Position numbers and translations under genes: made by a program. The notes beneath the pieces are model-generated. The model saw nothing but the letters and a program-made list of their open reading frames with translations, was not told the origin of the DNA and made no database searches. Of a stretch of DNA of 64,000 nt, positions 40,321-53,397 are shown piece after piece. Numbering within the stretch: the stretch's first letter is position 1; every line of letters begins with the position of its first letter. Source of the stretch: Lama guanicoe (taxonomy: Eukaryota); the NCBI GenBank assembly GCA_013239625.1, contig MU053873.1, forward strand, positions 3,486,524-3,550,523, read 5' to 3'.

Positions 40321-40849
40321 GCCGGGGGAGTGAAGCTGTCTCACCTCCCACTCCCACCCTCGTTCCAGTCCCACGGAACTCTTATTTCTGCACAGCTCTC
40401 AGATGCCCACATTTGGCAGCAACAGGGCAGTCAGTGGGAACTGAGTCTCAGCAGGACCTCGCTGCATTGACAGAGCTCGTGAGCAAAGGGAACTGCCCTC
40501 CCCGGCTTGGCTTGGGGCCTGAGCTCAGAGGAAAGGTCACCCGCTCCCGCTGGCAGGAGGTCTGAGTCAAATAGCTGTTAAACCAAACAAACTAAGACCC
40601 TCCTCTACCGCCGCCCACACAGATGTGACGATTCTTTCCTTGAGAGAGAAAAGACTTCTTTTTGTTATTTGACACTCTGACCTCTGCAGCATGGAAACTA
40701 AAAATAATACCCACAGGGACTGTGTTGTATGCTTGTCCTATTGTGCTCCATTCTCACAGCAACTTGTGTCATGGACACCGAGACCAGGCAGGGAGGACGT
40801 GAGTGGATGAGTCAGAGGGCTTTAGAAACCAAAGCTTACATTCATTCTA

Positions 40850-41175
40850 TAAATCCATCCTTCTATACCACCCAACCACCTACCCACCTACCCATCCATC
40901 CATCCTTCCACCCACCCATCCAGCCGTCTAGCAATCTACCTATCCATCCACACATCCATCCATCCATCCATCCACCCATTTATCTATCCATCCATTCACC
41001 TACCCACCTATGCACCTACTCATCCATCCATCCTTTCACCCACCCATCCAGCCATCCAGCCATCCAGCCATATACCCATCCAGCCACACATTCATCCACC
41101 CATCCATCCATCTATCCATCTACCCACCTGTCCACCCACCCATCTAGCCATTCAACCATCCATCCATTCATCCAC
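40850..41175 (+). repeat. Degenerate (CCAT/CCAC)n array at an L2 tail
   Basis: Directly visible; followed by aatatttattgaacacct (L2 end). Confidence 0.9.
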
Positions 41176-44100
41176 TCAATATTTATTGAACACCTTCTAT
41201 GTGCCCAGCACCATGTCAGGAATTCACTGGTGAGCTCTGTCCTCACAGAGTTCACAATCCAGAGGGGGATTTAGACTATCACAAAGTAAACAAAGCTATA
41301 AATAGGAGAATTGTTTCTCGGATAGGTGTATTAAGCCACTGCCCGGGGGATGCAATGTGAGCGTCTACTGGGTCAGCCATTGCCTTAAGCACATGATGAT
41401 TACTTTCTAATTTAATCTTCATCACTACTTTACGAGGTTGTTACTATTAATATTTCTGTCTCACAGAATGGTGCGCGGGGACTCAGAGGGTAATGTGACT
41501 TGCCCAAGGTCACACAATTGGCAAGTGGCAGAGCTGGGACTGGAACCCAAGTGTGTTCTCTGGTTAGAGCAGGGCATCGGGACGGGAGATCTCTGCACCC
41601 AGGGACCTCTGTGCCCATTTGTAGCCACACTGAGGTCAAGGCATGTGGGGTCTCCCCACACAGTCACATAGTCACCTGCTCTTGGTCTGATGTCTCAAGT
41701 CTCTGGGAACTGGGTGAACATTAACCCAGCTTGTCTCCAGCAGGCTCCAGGAGGGCCACACCTCCTGCTGGGCTCCTATTCCTACCGCCCTGGGACTCAC
41801 AGCCACCGGCTCGGGCCCGCCATGGCCATCAGCCTGTGGCCGGCAGCCACAGAGTCTCAGAAAAGCTCTTTGAGGATGTAAACAGAGACAGCACTTGCAA
41901 CAGAGGAGAGGTGGCCATGACTGGGGCTCTTCAAGAGCATCTGCCCAGAGTCCTGCTTCAAGCCTCTGTGTGACCCCAGCCAAGTTCTGCCAGTCTCTGG
42001 GCCTCTGTTCCCTGCTGCGTGATGGGCTCAGCACCCGCTGAACTCATCCATGCAGATGTTTTTGAAAACCTACCATATACTGGCTTTCATGAGAGGCCCT
42101 GGGGAGTGACTAAGCAGGAGTTCCAGTTACAAGAGAAAAAGGGCAGGGTACCACGGGAATGTAAAACGGGCTGGCCTGACCTAGATTAACGGCCGCAGAG
42201 GACTCCCTGGGGAAGTAACATTTCAGCTGAGACTTAAAGAATGATCAGGAGATAACCCGGGAAAGAAATAGAAAAGGGAATTCCAGGCAGAGGAATCAGC
42301 ATCCTCAAAATTCCAACGTGGGGTTAAAGTCATGGACCTGGGGATCCACCAGAACGGCTGGGGACCAGGGAGAGGGGAGTCCAGCACAGGGAAAGCACAG
42401 GGAGTTCGGGGGGCTGACTTGGAGACAACGTGGGGACCGGGGACCTTGAGCAGAGGGAGATGTGAGGGTGCTGAGTCTGCGGGAGGCCCACATATTCATG
42501 AAATGGGCTCTGTAGCCCCACAGAGGAGGCCAGGTGGAACATTAGGGCTTCAGAAACAATCTTGACCTATTTCACAATATTGCCAGGAATCAGTCCTGTA
42601 AGAGAGCATGGGTTGGTGGATAGGAAAACAGAGACTAATAGCTTTAACTGGAGCCTGCAAACTCTCACTGTGGGAGGGCAGGGCTCAGAACTTCGTATAA
42701 GCAGCTGCATACTTTGCTTACCCCTTAACCATTGATTTTAGCATCCTCTGGACCCTGGGATTCAACCCGCTGTTAGATGTCTGTCAATTACAGGCAGCAG
42801 AGAACCTGACCTGAGAAAAGGGAATTTATTGGCTCCTATATATGAACGGCCCAAGGGCAGACCTTCAGGTGTGGCTGGATCTAGGGCCTCGATTGACGTC
42901 ACCAGGATCCAGTTTCTCTCTCCCCACTTCTCAGCTCTACTTTCTTGGGGTTGGCTCCATATGTGGATCCTTCATCGAAAACGGTATTGGCAGCTCTGCG
43001 TTCTGTTCTTTACTCCCTCCAAGAGCATCAGGAAAGACATTCCAGGCGCTTCTCTGGACTGCAAGCCATGTCACAGACTCTGATTAGCGGCACACCTAGA
43101 CCAATCAGCGGCCAGGGAGATAGGATGGGCTGATCGGCTCAGTTTAGGTCACATGATCCACCGTTGCCTCTAGAGGGTGGAGTCACCTTCCTTGAAAGCC
43201 CTGAGAACGAAGGAGCATGAGCTAGGGGTGGGGGTGGGGTCCCTACTCTGGCAAAAGTGAGGCACATAAAATAGGGGTGTGTGTGTGTAATAAGCTGGAT
43301 GAGAAGGACCACCACATCCATCACATGGAGGGGCCCGCCATCCCCTGAAGGTGAGAACCTCATGGATCTTCCTGGAGACTGCAAAAGAGTTGTTTCAAGG
43401 TTGCTAAGATTTGAGACAAGGGGTGATTTCATTGCCAAGGGCTGAGGCTAGGAGCCCCTCAGAGAGACAAGGGGAAGAGTCAGGGAAAACTACCATCTCC
43501 CACAATCGGATCACTGGAGACAGTGGGGGGAAGCATCCCGTGGATGGAGCTCTCAGTACATAGATATGATATTGAGAATTCCATGTGTCACCAGGGGCTG
43601 CTTCCACTGACTCAGGCTGAGGGGGAGGGAACGTGTGCTCAATCCACCTTCCCTCCTCCTCTTATCTGAGAGGGGAGTTCGTCTCTGTCACCTGCAGGTG
43701 GGGTCTCCTCTGGGTTTCCATCTTGGGGACTGGGGCTCCCTGTGAGTGGGCTGAGGGTTGTCAAGGGTCAGTGTTGCAGACAGAACACAATTCCATGAAC
43801 ACAAACAGCATCCACCACCTATAGGGCAGGCGCGCCCGCACGGTCCCCGGGGGACCCAAGGGCTGCCCTCCCAGCCGCCCAGCCCTGGACTCACGACCCT
43901 GGCACTCCCTGGGCAGCAGCTGCGTCCCTAGACCGCTTTCCATGCTGGGCGCCTGCCTTTTTCAGTCCCCTCCTTCCCAGACCTCTGGGCTCTCAGGGCG
44001 ACCCTATGTCCCCGCTTGCCCGCAGAGCCTTGCTTGATGTCTGTCATCCTTCTGTAATTATTCCTGGTACCCTTCTCATTCTCAAAGCATCTTGGTGTGG

Positions 44101-46181
44101 ATGATAAATTACAACTGCTTCCCAAATCCCTGCCCACTTTTCTCACAACAGCCCTGATGGTCTTGAGAGCTGGTAAATCCTGAACCCAGATGATTAGCAA
44201 TCAAACAACCCATTCGGTCCCCCAGAGCGCTAAGGAGCCTTAGCTTTGAACAACTCCTGTCCCCAGCCTCCCAGGTTTGTTCATATCCAGGCCTGGGATG
44301 GGGTCCTTCCTGCAAGGACAGGTAGAACGATTCCTTTTAAAGGAGCAAAGAAAAGCGATTCCACAGCAAAACAGTTTCAGTCCCAAGGGTTTTCCTGCCT
44401 CCGCCCCCTCCGCATTCCTGTCCCCGTTTGTCCCCACAATAAACTCCCTGTTTTAAGGTAACTGGCGTGGGTCTCTTTTTCCTGCAACAGAAAGAGGTAT
44501 ACCTAAAATAGGCCAGGGCCTGGGCCTGTGGCCAGATTTGGATGAAAATCTGGGTCAGGCAGGGGAGGGAGCTGCAGGCTGGGATCCTGGAGGATGGGGG
44601 CTAGACAGCTCCCGCGATGGGGCACTGCTCCGCGCCAGGCCCACAGCTGCATGGTCGACAACCATGACCTCATTTAAGCCACTTGTTCCCCGAGGAGGAG
44701 GTACTGTTATCAACAGTTTACAGAGAAGGAAACTGAGGCTCAGAGAGTTGGGATTTGGGGCTCACATCTCAGTCTTCTGACTCCAACGTCTGCACTCCGG
44801 GGCCCAGGGCAGACTTCCAAACTATGAGAGGGCGCCCAGAGTTTCAGCCATCTGGCATTTAGAAGTTCGGTCTCGCCTGGCCCAAGCTGGAGCTGTTTGA
44901 CACAAGTGTGTCTGTAGTTTCCTTCACCATTTGCAAAATGAAATTCAAGGAGGGAGAAGTAGATCATTGTTTCAACTTAAACCAGTTTAAGGGAAAGGGG
45001 AACAAGCTAGCCGTGCCTGAAATCTTGCTTCAGGCATGGCTAGATCCAGGGGCTCACATGATATCCTCTCATGTGTCTGGCGCTCAATTATCTCTGCATC
45101 TCTCTTCTCCCCTCTGTGTGTTGACCTCTCTTCATGGCAAGAAGAATGGCCAAAGACAGCCCCAAGCCTCATTCCAATGGCTTGCAACCCAAAAGGAAAA
45201 AATGCTCTCTCTCCCTCTGTCTTTGTCTCTCTGTCTCTCTCTCTATCTCTTCCTCTCTCTCATCATTGATACAGGAATCCAAAGAAAGATTTGGACTGGC
45301 TCTGCTTGAATCACATGTCCACTTCAGGACAAATCACTGGGTCCAAGAGGATATGGCCATGGTGTTAGGATTGGCTCAGCCCAGTGACAGGCTCTCCACG
45401 GTGGCGAGGAGGGTGGAGAATTGTGATGGACACCCTCTAGGTACCACAGGAAGTGGGGGAGGCATGGGTCCATCAAGGAAAGACTGCTGCTAGTCAGAAA
45501 CAATATATCTACCATTCGTAGAAAGATACGTTACAGGGATAACTGGCTTAAAAGTTTTTAATATGCTTTTCAATTTGTTTCCCTGAGTATAGCTTTGGAT
45601 CTGTAACAGCCCTAGGCATCCATTAGTCTGGGGGAAATTAGAATTTATTTCAGAAAATGAAAAGAGAAAGACAGAGGGGATGTTCAGCTTTTGACATTCA
45701 AAATTAGATGAGGCTCCAGACTGAAGCCTTGAGGGGTTTTTTGAGGGTCCTCATCTTTTGGCTTATCAATAATTGTGCCAGGTGACTTAGAACACAGAGT
45801 CTTCCCGTGGTGTAGAGGCTCTGCTCTACATCTTAGGACCAATAGGCCAACTTGAATGTAAAGACAGGATAAGATGGAGAGAAAGTGGAAGGGATGTTAG
45901 CCCATTTTCTGACGTCAGGATTCTGGGGAGAAGTGGGGGGCAAAAATGGGAAATCTTGCTCCTTTGAAGCTTTTCTACAACACGCTTCCATGATGGTTAT
46001 CTCTGAGCACTTACTATCTCCCAGGAACTCCACTGTGCAAGAGCACAGTCATTAAAAAAAAAATTCCTATGAAACAGGGATTTCTATCAATCAGGATTCC
46101 TGATGGCAAGCAAGTTCTATCAACTCAAAAGCGTTTAAAATAAACAGGGGAAAGTATCTGATGACCTAACTTGGACAACAC

Positions 46182-46731
46182 TGTGATGGTTCATTTTATG
46201 TGCCAACTGGACTGGGCCATGGAGTGCCCGGATATTTGGTCAAATGTTTGCTTGGCATCAGTCCCATACTACTGCTGAGTGTGTCTGTGAGAGTGATTTT
46301 TATATGAGATTAACACCTAACTCAGTGGACTGAGTAAAGTAGATTGCCCTCCCCGATGGGGGTGGCTCTTATCCAATAGCTTGAAGACCCGAATAGAACA
46401 AAAATGCTGATCCTTGAACTGGGACATTGGTCTTTTGCCTTTGAACTCTAACTAAAACATCAGCTCAGCTCTTCTTGTGTCTCGAGTCTACTGGCTTTTA
46501 CTGAGACTTACACCATCAACTCTTCTGGTCTTCAGCTTGCTGACTACAGATGTTGAGATTGCTCAGCCTCCATAATTGTATGAGCTAATTCTTGTAATAA
46601 ATTTCTTTCTATATCTTTACCTATTGATCAATAGATCGATGTATTAGAACCAATGGGATATGTGTTATTTATATCTCTGTGTGCGTGTATACTTATTGGT
46701 TCTGTTTCTCTAGAGAATTTTGATTAATGTA
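46182..46731 (+). mobile_element. MLT2 (ERVL) solo LTR, nested in an older MaLR-like LTR (~46070-47050)
   Basis: Starts tgtgatggttcattttatgtgccaactggactgggcca; ends ttggttctgtttctctagagaattttgattaatgta. Confidence 0.85.
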
Positions 46732-47719
46732 ACCATGTGGGACAAATTCTGCATAGGCTTCAGGTATGGCTGGATCCAGGAGGTTAAGCAATGTCATGGC
46801 CCGTTCATCTCTTCCCAAGTCTTAGGCAAGAATTCTGCACATGGTGCACAGGTGATGCTTAACACTGGCAACCCAGGCTCATGTCCTCCTAGACCTAGAA
46901 CATCTCCCCACAGCCATCTGATTGACCTCATTTGGGTCATATGTCTATTCCTGAACCAATCACTGTGGCGAACGGGATGTAGCAGGGCACCAGGACTGAC
47001 AGAACATGTGGAGTAGGGGAGGAGTCCTACGAAGCAAAGCTGGGTAGACCCCAAATGCAGTTCCAGTAGGCACAGTTATTACACTCATTTTATAGATGAG
47101 GAAACTGGCCCAGAGTATTTAAGTGACTGGCCTCTTACAAGCCTCAGAGCTGGCAAGCATCATTGCTGGGATGCAAACCCAGGTCTGTCCATGGGCTCTT
47201 AACCACTGGTCCATACTGCTTCTCACCTGTTAGTCCACATCATAAAGCCGAAGTCTTCCAGCACCCTAACCCTTGTTCCTCACATCGCGGGTTTCCAGCG
47301 CCCACTCTGCACCCGGCGCACAGTAGGGTGTGGTAATTGTGAGTACCTCCCTCACTCCTGGACAGAGACTTCAGTGCCTTGTTACAGCAGTGCCACCGAC
47401 CTTTGTTTAGATTCTTCTCTCTGCCTCAGCTCCAAGGAGGGACTCGAGTGACAAGCTGAGTCTGCCAGGGGGTTGGCATCAGTCCCCGCACAGCCGTCCC
47501 CATCCTCTGATACATTTTCATTCCCTTTGAGAGCTGCCCGATTTGGGCATCTCAAGAGCAGATGTTTCTTAACAACCACAGTTTACCATGAGTATTTTTG
47601 GCCCCTTAATCTTGGTAAATTGTTGGGATTTTTGCTGGTTCTCCAGGGAGCAGACAAAACAGCTTCCATCGAAGCCTCACTTGAAATGGCAGTAATAGGT
47701 TGGCATAATGATTAGGCGT

Positions 47720-48895
47720 TGCATTAGTTACCCATTGCTGCATATCGAATTGCTTCAGAGCGCGGAAGCTTAAAACAATGAAACATTTATTGTCTCGGTG
47801 TTTCTGTAGGTCAGGAATTCAGGAGTGCCTTAGCTGGGTGGTTCTAATTTAGGGTCTCCCATGAAGTTGCCATCAGAATGTCAGTAGGCTGTAGTCATCC
47901 AAAGGCTTGACCAGGGCTGGAGGATCTGCTTCCAGGAAGGCTCACTGCCACAGTTGCTGGCTGGAGTCCCCAGGTCCTCACCACGTGGGTCTCTGCATAA
48001 GGCTGCCTGAGGGTCTCACAGCATGGTGGCTGGCTTCCCCAGAGTGATAGCCTCAAAAGGGCAAGGAGGGAGTCTCCAGGTCCTGACCTTGGAAGTTACA
48101 CACGGTCACTTCCGTCTTGTTCTGTTCCATAGAAGGAAGTCAGGAAGCCCCACCCACACTCCAGGGCTCTACTTTTTTTTTTTAATTGAAGTACAGTCAG
48201 TTACAATGTGTCAATTTCAGGTGCATAGCACAATGTCCCTGTCATGCATATATACACATATATTAGTTTTCATATTCTTTTTCATTAAAGGTTATTAAAA
48301 GATATTGAATATAGTTCCCTGTGCTATACAGAAGAAACGTGGGTTTTTGTCTATTTTTATATATAGTGGTTAATGTTTGCAAATCTCAAACTCCCAAATT
48401 TAACCCTTCCCACCCTTTTCCCCCAGTAACCATTAAATTGTTCACTATGTCTGGGAGTCTGTTTCTGTTTTGTAGATGAATTCATTAATGTCCTCTTTTT
48501 TTCTTTTCCTTTTTTTTTAGATTCCACATATGAGTGATATCATATAGTATTTTTCTTTCTCTTTCTGGCTTACTTCACTTAGAATGACGATCTCCAGGTC
48601 CATCCATGTTGCTGCAAATAGCATTATTTTATTCTTTTTTATGGCTGAGTAGTATTCCATTGTATAAATATACCATAACTTCTTTATCCAGTCATCTGTC
48701 AATGGACATTTAGGTTGCTTCCATATCTTGGCTATTGTACATAGTGCTGCTATGAACACTGGGGTGCATGAATCTTTTCAAATCAGAGTTCCCTCTGGAT
48801 ATATGCCCAGGAGTGGGATTGCTGGATCATACGGTAACAGGGCTGTACATTTTGAAAAGAGGATCAGAGAGTGTGTGGACATATTTTTCACCAGT
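47720..48895 (-). mobile_element. MLT1 LTR interrupted by the young L1
   Basis: gcattagttacccattgctgc...tttctgtaggtcaggaattcaggagtgccttagctgggtggttct; resumes after 48848. Confidence 0.75.
48173..48837 (-). mobile_element. Relatively young 5'-truncated L1 (ORF2 C-terminus, 3'UTR, polyA)
   Basis: PYDPAIPLLGIYP and MFIAALCTIAKIWKQPKCPLTDDWIKKLWYIYTMEYYSAIKKN. Poly-T at 48173. TSD cagggctctac (48162-48172) / cagggctgtac (48838-48848). Confidence 0.95.
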
Positions 48896-49313
48896 GTAGG
48901 CACTGTTGTGGGGCACAATATTGGCCCCAGTTCCTTCCCCTTCTCTGTTCCTACTGTCACCCAGGGACCTTGCAGTGCCTTGGGTTTGGGCTGGTGACTT
49001 GCTTGGGTCAGCAGAATGAGGCAGGAGTGCCTGTCCTGGTTCTGAGCCTGGGCCCTGCCGAGAGGCTTTGCGTGTTTCTGCTTGCTTTCTTGTATTCCTA
49101 CCACTGCCAGGAGAGGAACATGTCCAGGTCAGCCCACTGACCCCGGGAGAGGCTGAGAGACTCGTGGAGCAGAACACACTACCCAGCTGAGGCCAGCTGG
49201 GCTCAAACAACACACATGAGACATGTGAGCTAAATGAACACTTACTGTCCGGTGGCAGGGAGATTTTGTGGTTGTTTGTTCTGTAGCATTTTGGTGGCCG
49301 TACTTAAGTGATA
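48895..49313 (+). mobile_element. MLT1 LTR
   Basis: gtgacttgcttgggtcagcagaatgaggcaggagtg...gagattttgtggttgtttgttctgtagcatt. Confidence 0.7.
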
Positions 49314-51764
49314 TAGGTATGTGGACTTGGGAATCAGCCAGTCTTGGCTTCAAATGTCAATTCCATTACTCACCAGGTGTGTGGCCTTGGGCTTCACTCC
49401 TCGGAGCCTCAATGACCTCATCTGTAAAATGGGATGATAATACTACCTCCCAAATGGAGGTTCTGTGATCATTAAAGTTATGCCTATAAAGTGATTAGGG
49501 CAATGGCTAGCACAGCTGTGATTATTGTTAACAAAATATTCTGGGCCCATTGTCCCAATACTCAAGTGCAGCCAAGGGTAGGATTTGACACTCTAGCTCA
49601 AGCATCTGCTGTAGCTCCCTAGTTCCAAGGCCCCAGGGTGATCTCAAGGCTTCCTTCCTCTTCCTCCCATGCTCACTGGCCACTCAACATCACTCTATTA
49701 CCAAACAAATGTCTGGTGCATGTCTAGGACCAAGAGCGCCAACCCTGCACATCCTGTGAGCTTCCCCACATACCAGCCACCTCTTTGTCCTGGCTCAGCT
49801 CCTGTGCCCCTGTGGGACAGTCCTGAAACTTCCTGGGCCATATAGGAGGTGATGGCACAGGCTCTGGAATCAATCACATTGGGCTCTGAGTTCCAGCCAT
49901 ATCACGTACCAGCTGGGCGACTTTGGGAAGTGACTATACCTCTCTGTGCTTCCTCATTTGCAAAGTGGGGATCATCAGGACAATGACCTCACCAGGTGGT
50001 TGTGGAGATCTGATCCGCTCAGACACACACAATCACATCCTCATACCCAGCAGGTTTCAAGTGTAAATAACAGTAGCCAGAGAATATGATGGCCCATAAT
50101 AGTTTCTTCATTTGTAAATGAAGGGACTGGGTTTGTCCTGGGTGCCCTTAGGGTACTGACCTTGGAAGGAGGTGCTAAGGGGCTCCCATGGGTGGGAGAT
50201 AAAGTGGAGAGCCCCCAAAGGCAGAATTCCAGACCCCCCACTCCTACTCCAGTGAGCTCTACTCTGCTTTGCATAATGCCTTATGCTAGGTTACCCAGAA
50301 AACAATTTCTTTGTTTAAAAAAAAAGGGAACCATTGGATCAGATGGTCTTCTGGGGCCTTCCCAGCTTTATGATTTTGGAACTTGGGATGAAATCCCAAA
50401 AGGAGCCACCTAAGGGCTGAGCAGTGGGTGCGAGGGGCTACAGTGTCACTGTTTGGCCCCCTAGTGACTTCAGGGCCAGAATGAAGCCAGGGGTGGGGAC
50501 CCAGGCAAGGCGCCGCGTCCTCTCCCCTCTACTGCCCCAGGGCACCCACTCTCTGATGGTTCTCCTCCGAGATCTGTTTCCTTTTGTAACTTTCTTTCTT
50601 TTTATTTCCCATTTAACAAATATTTATTGAGTTCCACGTACTATACATGATGCTGGAAATATTTTTAAAAATCAAGACATCTGACCTCAAGCAGTATAAA
50701 CGTTATCCCGCCATCTAGGTCATTTTGTATTTGGCTCATTAATCAGCTTTAGTCATTTAATATATATGTCCTATTCAGCTCCTTAAAACTTCTGGATCTT
50801 TTAAACTCTGCTTCTTGGCTCCTGGCCCCAGTCAGTTGGAGAGAAACAACTTGGGGGAGGGCAGGGGGGGCAGAAGTCCTTTAACTGTGAAGGTACGAAG
50901 CAAACAAAATCAGCAAGATGAAGGCCCAGCGCTGGGAGTCAGCAGAGGGGCGGCTGGTTTGGGAGGTGGGCTTTCTACCTCCCCCTCCTTTACGGTCTTT
51001 TATTAAGAGCTTGTTTTGATTCTGTCGTTGCCACGATACAGGAGCGTTTGGTGGCTGCTTCTGAGAGGCCACGTGGAGGATGGTTTGTATCAGTTCCACC
51101 GCGTGGCAAGAACACCGAGGGTGGCCAAGCTCAGCTCTAGGCTAGGGGTGAGGGAGGGCGGGAGGTGGGGGGTGGGGGAATGAGGGGGTGGGGGGTGCAA
51201 TGGGATCTGCAGGAGGCAGGAGGGCCTTGGAAATCTACAACAATAGCCATGGGGACCCAAGCCAGGGGTGTTGCTGGGAGCGAGTCCATTCACCCCGACA
51301 TGCTGTGTGATCTGCAGAAAGTTGCTCTCCCTCTCTGAGCCTCAGTCGCCTTATCTGTCCAATAACATGTGCCTGAACTACCTCACAAAGGGGAGGAAAC
51401 AGAAATGAGGAAAGAAAAGTGGATTCTGGCTGCATGTCTACTATACACCCCCAAACCATCTCATGTAATCTTTACAACACCCCATTTTACGAATAACAGA
51501 GAGACCCAGAGAAGTTTAGTGACTTCTCCAAAGTCACACAATCTAGAAGAGGAGGCTGTTACATAACTCCACTCACTTTCTCCTCAAGTTAACACGTAAC
51601 AGCATAAAATCACATCAAACACTCGCAGGCACCACCCCGCTCCAAGTGCTTCAGCTACATTAATATAGCAATCCTCACAACACTTGGAAACTAGGGTTCT
51701 AGTTGCAGCCCTCTTGCTCTCAGCACAAGCAGCCACAGAAGTTTGACTAAGAGCTGTGAATGGA

Positions 51765-52170
51765 TGGGGTGTTCACCGCAGCTTACTTTATCATAACCCC
51801 CAACCAGAAGTAACAGCAATGTCCATCGATTTGGGATGGAATTAATAACTTGCATGATGTCTAGACAATGAAACACGCCGCACCGGTTAAGGTGAATGAT
51901 GTAACGCTATTCCACATTACAACACAGGTAAGTCTTGAAAGCATGATATTGAGAGGAAAGTTTAAATTCCGAAGGGATACATAGAGTATAATGATTATGG
52001 AACATCTATAAACAATTCTATTCATCGTTTATGGATATTCACACACATAGCAAAAGTAAAAAAATAAAGACACAAGTAGTTACTTTAAGGAAGGGGAGTT
52101 AAAGGGGATAGATTCAAGGGGCACATTGCACTGTATACGTAACATTTTCTTTCTTATAAAAGAACCGTAG
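51765..52170 (+). mobile_element. Very old L1 ORF2-end/3' fragment
   Basis: gttcaccgcagcttactttatcataacccccaaccagaagtaacagcaatgtccatc. Confidence 0.55.
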
Positions 52171-53067
52171 GAAGCAAGAAATAAACAAATGTACTATGGA
52201 AAGAACAAAGTCCTGGACCACATGGAGCCTTTTACACAGACTGCAGGGCGCCCAGGTGCCCCTTATAAGAAGGCCCACCCCCGATCCAATCCTTTAGCAT
52301 AGCCCCACGCCTACAGGGCAGGCTGCTGATCTCTCCCACTCCGGCCAAAGAAAACAGCTTCCAGCCCCTCTCCACTTTCCCCAACGCCACACACAAGCCA
52401 GAGGTAGTGCGCTCCAGTGCCAATCGGACCGTGTCACTCTGTCGCTCAGAACCCTCCAGTGCCCTCCCCCCAGTGCCACATGGGAAAAGTCTGTGTCGAA
52501 AGATTGGAACATGGGTCATTTCCTACTTCCCCTTCAAAATTTCTTCTTGTCTTTGTTGTGTGTTTGATAACAACTTGCTTGTAAAATTAAAGGTCAATTT
52601 TAGCCCTTTTCACTCAAAACCAAATGAATGCCACCAACACAATTTGATAAAAGGACAAAATGACCCTGTCCTCTCATTGAGCCCACAAATGACTCTCTGG
52701 TGGGGCAGAGGGGTATCTGCTCCATCTGCACTTCCTGCCCTGCCCACCCCTCCTTCTTCTCCTCCCCTTTCAAAACTTCAAGACCGAAAGACTTCAGGCA
52801 GCAAAAGAACCCCAAATTCCTTCCACTTTCTCTTCTTCCCAGAGTCAACACAAAGAAGCAAGAAGGTTGGACTGCAGTTGTGTGCACGTGCGTGTGCATG
52901 CGCGTGTGCACAGGTGCCTATACATGATACACGGAGAAAAAGTCTCAAATTTCTTTCCTGTTTGTGACTCCATATTCGTTTTTAATAGAGTTATATACAA
53001 CAGGTGTCAAATATGTATCTATTATATATGTACACATTAAATGCCTATACACTTAAGTATATGCATT

Positions 53068-53180
53068 ATTTTTTGTAGAGGGGTGGAAATTAGGTATGTA
53101 TTTATTTTAATAGTGGGGATTGAACCCAGAACCTTGTGCATGCTAAGCACACAATCCACCACTAAGCTATACCCTACCCT
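53068..53180 (-). mobile_element. tRNA-derived SINE (vic-1 type)
   Basis: Reverse complement gggtatagcttagtgg...gggttcaatcccc. TSD acacttaagtatatgcatt (53049-53067) / acacttacgtatatgtatt (53181-53199). Confidence 0.9.
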
Positions 53181-53212
53181 ACACTTACGTATATGTATTC
53201 TAATGCTAGAAT

Positions 53213-53397
53213 CCCTAGTTCTCAGCCTGGGGTGATTTTGCACACAGCCCGTATTTGGCTGTTTGAAGTCACAACTCGAGGGTGTTACTGCCATCTAGTG
53301 GACAGAGGCCAGAAATGCTGCTGAATATCTTGCGATGAGTGGGACAGTCAGTCCAGGACCCACGACATCATCAGGAGTGCTGAGGTTAAGAGCCCTG
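53213..53397 (+). mobile_element. MER20 (hAT-Charlie) carrying a CTCF motif
   Basis: ttctcagcctggggtgattttg...gtcacaac...tactgccatctagtggacagaggccagaaatgctgctgaatatc...gtgctgaggttaagagccctg. Confidence 0.85.

Noticed and set aside
40729..41274. 181-aa His/Pro/Ser-rich ORF
   Set aside because: Produced by the (CCAT)n array at an L2 tail.
48517..48759. 80-aa ORF with clear protein similarity
   Set aside because: L1 ORF2 C-terminus within a 5'-truncated retrotransposon, not a host gene.
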